Part shown: in pieces, positions 57,951 through 64,000 of the stretch
Layout of the letters: each line of letters begins with the position of its first letter
Position numbering within the stretch: the first letter of the stretch is position 1
Assembly: GCA_036676395.1 (NCBI GenBank)
Contig: JAKFCY010000002.1
Span: 2,112,001-2,176,000, forward strand
Source of the DNA: Bdellovibrio sp.
Lineage (GTDB): Bacteria; Bdellovibrionota; Bdellovibrionia; Bdellovibrionales; Bdellovibrionaceae
Direction of reading: 5' to 3'
Length of the DNA: 64,000 bases
Position numbers and translations under genes: made by a program
Notes under the pieces: model-generated
Told to the model about the DNA's origin: nothing
The model's database searches: none
Seen by the model: the letters and a program-made list of their open reading frames with translations, nothing else

Positions 57951-58972
57951 TAGGGCCCCCGTCTTAAAAATGAGTAATTTAAAATGCGGTTAATTAAAAA
58001 CAAGATGATTCCCCAAATTAAGAACTGATAGAAAAATTCGTTATATCTGACAAACTTTTGATCTTCGATTTTAGTTGTCTCTAAGCTATTGATCTCGTTA
58101 AATACGCCGGCTAATGAATCTTCACGCGTGGCTCTGAAATATTTTCCGCCCGTGCTTGAGGCCATTAAACCTAACAGCTCATCATTTACGGTGCTTTCAA
58201 AAGGTTGGTAACGTTTTACTTTATTACCGAACATATCTGTTGAATAGATGGGTAATTTTGTCGGGCCCGATTTACCAATACCGATCGAATAAATTTTAAT
58301 CCCGTAACCTTTAGCGATCTCTAACCCAGTTTCAGGATCAATCATGCCCGAGTTATTTTCACCATCAGTTAAAAAAATCATGACCCGCTCTTTGGCCTGT
58401 GAATCTTTTAATCTGGCAGCACCGGCTGCTGTCGCCACACCGATCGCCGTGCCATCTTTAATACGGGCTGCCTGCGCAGTTTTAATTTGGGCGATACGCT
58501 GTTCGATCAGCTGGTAATCTAAAGTTGGCGGCACCAGCGTAAACGCTTCGCCAGCAAAGATCACAATACCAATACGGTCAGAAGTTCTTTGTTTAATAAA
58601 ATTAGCGATGGTTTCTTTGGCTGATTCTAGACGATTTGTCGGCTTCATGTCTTCGATTAACATCGAATCTGAAATATCTAAGACGATCACGATATCTAAA
58701 CCATCCAATGTGCGTTTAACTCTTTCATCACGCGTTTGTGGGCGCGCTAAGGCCACGATCATAAATGCTAAACTGATAAATAATAACAGCGTATTAAAAC
58801 GCACCAGCTGCACTTTACCCCGGCCGGCCCAAGGTTTAAATAATTGCACGGTGCTAATTTGAAACGTGGCTTTATTTTTTTGCGAACGTGCATATAACCA
58901 GTAAATGACCGGTAACAATAACAGCAGTAAAAAAGCCCAGGGCTGCGCCCAGATAAACCCAAAGATCGTCAT
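57950..58972 (-). CDS. batA: BatA-like vWA membrane protein
   Basis: ALARPQ, DISDSM, GTAIG, LTDGENN and TGGKYFRA motifs. Confidence 0.88.
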   Translation of the reverse strand: MTIFGFIWAQPWAFLLLLLLPVIYWLYARSQKNKATFQISTVQLFKPWAGRGKVQLVRFNTLLLFISLAFMIVALARPQTRDERVKRTLDGLDIVIVLDISDSMLIEDMKPTNRLESAKETIANFIKQRTSDRIGIVIFAGEAFTLVPPTLDYQLIEQRIAQIKTAQAARIKDGTAIGVATAAGAARLKDSQAKERVMIFLTDGENNSGMIDPETGLEIAKGYGIKIYSIGIGKSGPTKLPIYSTDMFGNKVKRYQPFESTVNDELLGLMASSTGGKYFRATREDSLAGVFNEINSLETTKIEDQKFVRYNEFFYQFLIWGIILFLINRILNYSFLRRGP

Positions 58973-59826
58973 TTGCCGAAACCTCCGGTTTTTGCGGTAG
59001 TTTCACAACGATTAATAAATTCATAAAAACGTCTGATAAATTTAGTTTTTTGTTCAGTCGTTATGTTTGCATCTTTTGATAATAACTCGATGTCTTTAAC
59101 GATATTATAAACCTGACGACGCAGCTCTTTTAATTGCGGGTGACGCTTTTTAATAAAGCTGATGGTTTCTTTTAAATCTAAATTAAAAATCGGCACACCA
59201 AACCGGCGTAAGATATAAACTTTGGCCGCTTTTTCAATTTCAGCAATCGGATAATCTTTTTTCTCGATTTCACGAATGGTTTTATAAAACTGGTTATCTG
59301 CAGCCTGAACTGAATCGTATGCCAGCACCACTTCAGCTAAACGCTTCCAGCGCTGCGACCGGGCAGCCAGCATAATCGCCTGCACAATAACGGCTAAGAT
59401 TAATGCTGCAAAAATTAAAGTATAAGCCATCGGCCAATGCAGACTGCTGATCGCAAAACCAAACGGTTTAGGTGGCTCTTTTGCCTGCGGGTCAGGTTTT
59501 GGTAAAACTGAAACCACTTCAAAAGTTTGTTGCCCCATTGAAATCTGCAAGTTGCCATCCGAAATAATCATATTCGGAAACTGCACTTTACCTGCAGCAT
59601 ATAAAGTCATATCGACTTCAAAACTTTCGGTGCTTCGGGCTTCGGCTTTAAATAATTTAAAAACAAATTTAGTTTGTTCGTCTGTTAAAAACTGCGCTTT
59701 GGTAAAATCAAATGATTTATCCCAAGTGCCCTCACACGATAAGAAAAAATGACGACCCACAGTCAGCTCTTGTGACTTTAAATCCGAAACCTCAGGAATG
59801 TTGACTGTGCACTTCACCTCAGCCAT
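58969..59826 (-). CDS. Single-TM protein of the bat operon
   Basis: Lies between DUF58 and batA with overlapping stops and starts; one central TM helix. Confidence 0.7.
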   Translation of the reverse strand: MAEVKCTVNIPEVSDLKSQELTVGRHFFLSCEGTWDKSFDFTKAQFLTDEQTKFVFKLFKAEARSTESFEVDMTLYAAGKVQFPNMIISDGNLQISMGQQTFEVVSVLPKPDPQAKEPPKPFGFAISSLHWPMAYTLIFAALILAVIVQAIMLAARSQRWKRLAEVVLAYDSVQAADNQFYKTIREIEKKDYPIAEIEKAAKVYILRRFGVPIFNLDLKETISFIKKRHPQLKELRRQVYNIVKDIELLSKDANITTEQKTKFIRRFYEFINRCETTAKTGGFGK

Positions 59827-60713
59827 TACCGAGACTTCCTTCTTTTAAAAAAGGCTAATAATGATTTGTGAAAGTTTTCATCGGCTTCAAAAGTAAAACT
59901 ATCAATGCCCGAACGTTTTAGATTTTTTTGAAATTTTTCAAAGTCATTTTTAAATTTACTTTGCATCTCTTCACGAAACGCAGGGTTTGAGGTGTCGATT
60001 AAAATAGATTCACCAGATTCAGCATCATGTAGATCAATTAAGCCCACGTCCGGAAACATAAATTCTGCAGGATCAGTCACAAGCCCTGCGATGACTTCGT
60101 GCTTTTTTTCTAAGTAAGTTAATGAATTTTCATAACCCTGATCTTGAAAATCACTTAATACAAAAATCGTTGCACGTTTTTTTAAAACTCCGCGCAAGAA
60201 ATCTAAGGCCGAACTGATTTTAGTTTTAGTTGATTTGGGTTTAAAAAATAATATTTCACGTAAAATGCGGTAAACATGCTGTTTACCTTTTTTCGGCGGA
60301 ACGTAAAGTTCAACTTCATCCGAAAACAGGCATAAACCCACATGGTCATTATTGCGAATCGCCGAAAACGCTAACGTCGCAGCCACATAAGCCAGAGTTT
60401 CACCTTTGAAATTATCGCGCGAGCCGAAATCCTGAGAACCCGACACATCGACCACGATCATCATGGTTAATTCGCGCTCTTCTTCAAAAGTTTTGACGTA
60501 CGGTTTACCCGCACGGGCCATTAACGTCCACGAAATATTGCGCACGTCATCGCCGGCCACGTATTCGCGAAAATCCGAAAACGTCATGCCTTGGCCTTTG
60601 AATTTAGTGTGGTATTCGCCGGCAAAAATATTATTCACCATCTTGCGCGTATCAATTTCAATGCGCTTGATTTTTTTTAATATTTCTGCGGGCACCTGTT
60701 GCTGTTCAGCCAT
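59826..60713 (-). CDS. DUF58 family protein (MoxR-associated)
   Basis: GMTFSDFREYVAGDDVRNISW, VKTFEEERE, DVSGS and LSDF motifs. Confidence 0.93.
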   Translation of the reverse strand: MAEQQQVPAEILKKIKRIEIDTRKMVNNIFAGEYHTKFKGQGMTFSDFREYVAGDDVRNISWTLMARAGKPYVKTFEEERELTMMIVVDVSGSQDFGSRDNFKGETLAYVAATLAFSAIRNNDHVGLCLFSDEVELYVPPKKGKQHVYRILREILFFKPKSTKTKISSALDFLRGVLKKRATIFVLSDFQDQGYENSLTYLEKKHEVIAGLVTDPAEFMFPDVGLIDLHDAESGESILIDTSNPAFREEMQSKFKNDFEKFQKNLKRSGIDSFTFEADENFHKSLLAFFKRRKSR

Positions 60714-60724
60714 CAATTAACTCT

Positions 60725-61720
60725 TTAAGCTGAAACTTCGACAGCAGCTAAAACTTCTTTAATCACGTCGTCTTGTTTTAAATTTTCAGCTTCGGCTTCA
60801 TAAGTTAAAATTAAACGGTGACGTAAAACTTTATAAACAATTGATTTAATATCTTCGACCGTGACAAAACCACGCCCACGTAAAAACGCGTGCGCTTTGG
60901 CTGCGCGAATTAAACTTAAACTAGCACGCGGCGATCCACCGACGGCGATAATTTTCTCTAATCGGCCTAAACCGTAAAGTTTTGGTTCGCGGGTTGCCAT
61001 AATAATATCAACGATGTAATTACGCACTTTTTGATCCACGTAAATTTGATCTACTGTTTTAATTGTCGCGATTAACTGCTCTTTTGAAAGTACAGTTTGA
61101 ATCACCGGGCGATCATTGACTCCCATACGGTTTACGATTTCTAATTCTTCAGCTTTGGTTGGGTAGGTCACATTAATCTTAAACATGAAACGATCCATCT
61201 GCGCCTCTGGCAATGGATAGGTGCCTTCTTGCTCTAGTGGATTTTGTGTCGCCATAACTAAGAACGGCTGATCTAACTTGTATGACACATCACCAATGGT
61301 GACTTGTTTTTCAGCCATCGCTTCTAAAAGTGCAGATTGCACTTTCGCCGGCGCACGATTGATCTCGTCGGCTAAAACGATATTGGCGAAAATGGGCCCT
61401 TTTTTCGCGGTAAATTCACCTGATTTTGGATTAAACATCATGGTACCGATTAAATCTGTCGGTAAAAGATCGGGCGTAAATTGAATACGCTGAAAATGTA
61501 ATGAAATCGTTTGCGCAAGTGTTGAGATCGTTAAGGTTTTGGCTAACCCCGGCACACCTTCTAATAAAATATGACCGCCGGTTAATAAACCGATCACAAT
61601 GCCTTCGATCATATCACGTTGTCCGACGACAACTTTATTCATCTCGTTCATCATCTGCATAACGAACAAACTTTGTTCTTTAACGGCTTGATTCAGTGCT
61701 GCAACATCCATATTCGACAT
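60725..61720 (-). CDS. moxR: MoxR-family AAA+ ATPase
   Basis: LLEGVPGLAKT, RIQFTPDLLP, DEINRAPAKVQSALLEAM and TQNPLEQEGTYPLPEAQMDRF motifs. Confidence 0.96.
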   Translation of the reverse strand: MSNMDVAALNQAVKEQSLFVMQMMNEMNKVVVGQRDMIEGIVIGLLTGGHILLEGVPGLAKTLTISTLAQTISLHFQRIQFTPDLLPTDLIGTMMFNPKSGEFTAKKGPIFANIVLADEINRAPAKVQSALLEAMAEKQVTIGDVSYKLDQPFLVMATQNPLEQEGTYPLPEAQMDRFMFKINVTYPTKAEELEIVNRMGVNDRPVIQTVLSKEQLIATIKTVDQIYVDQKVRNYIVDIIMATREPKLYGLGRLEKIIAVGGSPRASLSLIRAAKAHAFLRGRGFVTVEDIKSIVYKVLRHRLILTYEAEAENLKQDDVIKEVLAAVEVSA

Positions 61721-61795
61721 ACTATCTCCAAGTTGAGCTTACATTTTGGCATAAATAGGCTTGATTTCAACCTCAACTCGCATAAAAATTATCGA

Positions 61796-62554
61796 ATGAA
61801 GACCCTGACTCAAGTCTGGCTTATCAGTGCGGCCAGTTGTTTTATTTTTTTAATCCTTGGATTTCAAGTTGGTGGCCGTCTCGGGTTGCTTGTCGCATTT
61901 TTATTATGTTTAGTTTTACTGTACCTAATCTTTCACAGAGGCCTACATATCTTTATTGATCGCACTCGCGCTAAAGAAGTCTTAGGTAACGATCCGCATA
62001 AACTAACTGGACTTTTTAAACAACACGCCCTGGCCTACGGTTTTCGCGAAGTTCGACTGTTTGTGACCGACCGGCCAACACCGCCCCTGGTCTGGCCCGA
62101 ATTTTCAAATCAATTAGTTGTTTTCTTAAACGCCCAAACTTTAGAACAACTTACGGCTAACGAGAAAAAAATATTCGTCCACTTATTATTAAGCCATGGT
62201 TTTCTGCATTCAAAATTAACCCGTAAAACTTTGGGGCTAATTTATATTTCGTTAGCACCGCTTGAAAAATTATCTGCGCCGTTATTTAATGCGCTAGCTT
62301 ATGCTTTTGGATTATCTAAAGAAATTTACAAAGCCGATCTCAAAGCTTTGTCAGTTTCACAAGCCAGCCATTTTGAATTCGGAATGCTTTTACACAAGCT
62401 GCACCACTTGCAATCGCACAACGATAAAATCTTTGAAGGCACCTATTTTTTCTCTATTTTATCAAAAATAAATCCTAAACTTTACAATTTAAAATTCCAC
62501 CCCAACATTACCAGTAGAGAAAAAAATCTCTTAGGTTACGCCGTAGGAATATAA
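61796..62554 (+). CDS. HtpX/M48-like membrane protein with degenerate zinc motif
   Basis: Two N-terminal TMs; LEQLTANE, EIYKAD and HPNITSR in HtpX order; VHLLLSH where HExxH is expected. Confidence 0.55.
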   Translation: MKTLTQVWLISAASCFIFLILGFQVGGRLGLLVAFLLCLVLLYLIFHRGLHIFIDRTRAKEVLGNDPHKLTGLFKQHALAYGFREVRLFVTDRPTPPLVWPEFSNQLVVFLNAQTLEQLTANEKKIFVHLLLSHGFLHSKLTRKTLGLIYISLAPLEKLSAPLFNALAYAFGLSKEIYKADLKALSVSQASHFEFGMLLHKLHHLQSHNDKIFEGTYFFSILSKINPKLYNLKFHPNITSREKNLLGYAVGI

Positions 62555-62563
62555 AAGGATCAT

Positions 62564-62812
62564 ATGGAAAACATGGAAGCGTCATTTAACGTATTAATTA
62601 TGTCAATCGGCTCGTCAGCAGCTATGGCCATGGGTTTGCAAGCAGATCCACAAACTGGCAAAACCGAAGTCGATAAACCTTTAGCCCGATTTAATATCGA
62701 TTTATTATCTTTATTAAAAGACAAAACAAAAAATAACTTAACTGCCGACGAAGCCAATTTCTTAGACGCAGTCATTACAGATTTGAAAAATAAATTCATC
62801 TCTGTAAAGTAG
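62564..62812 (+). CDS. DUF1844-family protein
   Basis: ARFNIDLLSLLKDKTKNNLTADE motif. Confidence 0.8.
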   Translation: MENMEASFNVLIMSIGSSAAMAMGLQADPQTGKTEVDKPLARFNIDLLSLLKDKTKNNLTADEANFLDAVITDLKNKFISVK

Positions 62813-62837
62813 GCCTAACAAAAAAGGACTCTCTATT

Positions 62838-64000
62838 ATGAAAAGATTAACTGTAGTTTTATTAGCCATAATAACAGCATTCATCGTATTTCAAGGTCAT
62901 AACGTCACGGCGCAGTCATTTCAAAAAACTCCACCCGCTTTAAAACTGGGTGAACCCCTGCCAGCAAATCTTTTTATTGAATTAGCAAAAGCGATCAACC
63001 CATCAGTGGTCAATATCTCAACCTCGGTCATTCCGCGCGGCCGTATGTACCGCGACCCGATGTTAGAAATGTTAGAACAATTCTACGGCGTACCGATGCA
63101 ACAGCAGCAACAGCCGGGTAAACCGCGCCGCATGGGCCTTGGAACAGGTTTCATCATTCGCGAAGATGGTTTAATCGTAACCAACAATCACGTGGTTGAA
63201 GGTGCTGATATCGTCGAAGTGCAATTAGCCGAAAACGATCAAAAAACTTATAAAGCCGAAGTGATCGGCCGCGATAATCGTTCAGATATCGCCCTTATTA
63301 AAATCAAAGCTGATGTGAAACTTACAGCGGTTGCGATGGGTTCATCAGAAGATGCGCAAGTCGGCGAATGGGTTGCAGCCTTCGGAAACCCTTACGGCCA
63401 CGGCCATTCAATGACTAAAGGTATTATCTCTTCAAAAGGCCGATCAATTAACGAGATCAATAAATTTCCGTTAATTCAAACTGATGCTTCAATTAATCCG
63501 GGTAATTCTGGCGGTCCGCTAGTGAATGCCAAAGGTTTTGTGATCGGGGTAAATTCAGCAATCGATGCACGCGCGCAAGGCATTGGTTTTGCGATTCCGA
63601 TTGATGAAGTTAAAAAAATTATTCCGGCTTTAGAAAAAGGCGAACAATTAGCTAAAGGCTATATCGGCATTCAGCCTGGGGATTTAGATTACCGTGCGGC
63701 CATAGCGATGGGTTTAGATGAATATCGTGGCGGCGCGATTTTGGGTTTAGGCAACGGCCCGGCTAAAAAAGCAGGAATGAAAGTTTATGATATCATTCAA
63801 GAAATTAACGGTAAAAAAATTCGCGACGCGCAAGATTTAATGAACACGATCGCAGATCTTGAACCGGGCAAAAAAGCTAAGTTTAAAGTTTTACGTAATG
63901 ATAAAAACTTGAATTTTGATGTGACAGTAGATGAGCGCCCGTCTGAGAAAAAACTATTAAGTCTTTTTCAAAAACAAGACAGCGAACTGCAAGATGCACC
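62838..64000 (+). CDS. degP: DegP/HtrA serine endoprotease, runs off the window end (absent from the ORF track)
   Basis: Manual translation from ATG 62838 gives GTGFII, TNNHVV, SDIALIK and QTDASINPGNSGGPL, followed by a PDZ-like region. Confidence 0.92.
   Translation, partial: MKRLTVVLLAIITAFIVFQGHNVTAQSFQKTPPALKLGEPLPANLFIELAKAINPSVVNISTSVIPRGRMYRDPMLEMLEQFYGVPMQQQQQPGKPRRMGLGTGFIIREDGLIVTNNHVVEGADIVEVQLAENDQKTYKAEVIGRDNRSDIALIKIKADVKLTAVAMGSSEDAQVGEWVAAFGNPYGHGHSMTKGIISSKGRSINEINKFPLIQTDASINPGNSGGPLVNAKGFVIGVNSAIDARAQGIGFAIPIDEVKKIIPALEKGEQLAKGYIGIQPGDLDYRAAIAMGLDEYRGGAILGLGNGPAKKAGMKVYDIIQEINGKKIRDAQDLMNTIADLEPGKKAKFKVLRNDKNLNFDVTVDERPSEKKLLSLFQKQDSELQDA

Overview
AT-rich, gene-dense chromosomal window that most resembles a predatory Bdellovibrionota bacterium. 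This is inferred from two MAT-type trimeric fibre genes, a DUF4360-like protein and the gene order; no marker gene is present to confirm it. Housekeeping blocks: amidase-rph-rdgB-prs-rplY-pth-ychF, a moxR-DUF58-batABCD-mltD cluster, uppP-mscS, pyrC-ispZ, mrp, two ABC-F ATPases and a partial degP. These are interspersed with secreted or surface proteins: 2685-aa and 1073-aa fibre adhesins, a subtilase, two SGNH hydrolase paralogues, a RoxA-like cytochrome c, an R-S-E ADP-ribosyltransferase and a 1222-aa kinase-like protein. I found no rRNA, tRNA, CRISPR array, transposase or prophage. The most interesting signals are intergenic and absent from the ORF track: (1) an orphan c-di-GMP-I riboswitch inside a probable sigma28-driven, terminated ~345-nt RNA; (2) a sigma54-driven ~52-nt C-rich small RNA; (3) a 43-aa cationic amphipathic peptide locus arranged like a type I toxin-antitoxin system; (4) a 5S rRNA loop-E-like hairpin in the rplY leader; (5) small dispersed palindrome and terminator families. 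All assignments come from reading motifs by eye; no database searches were run.
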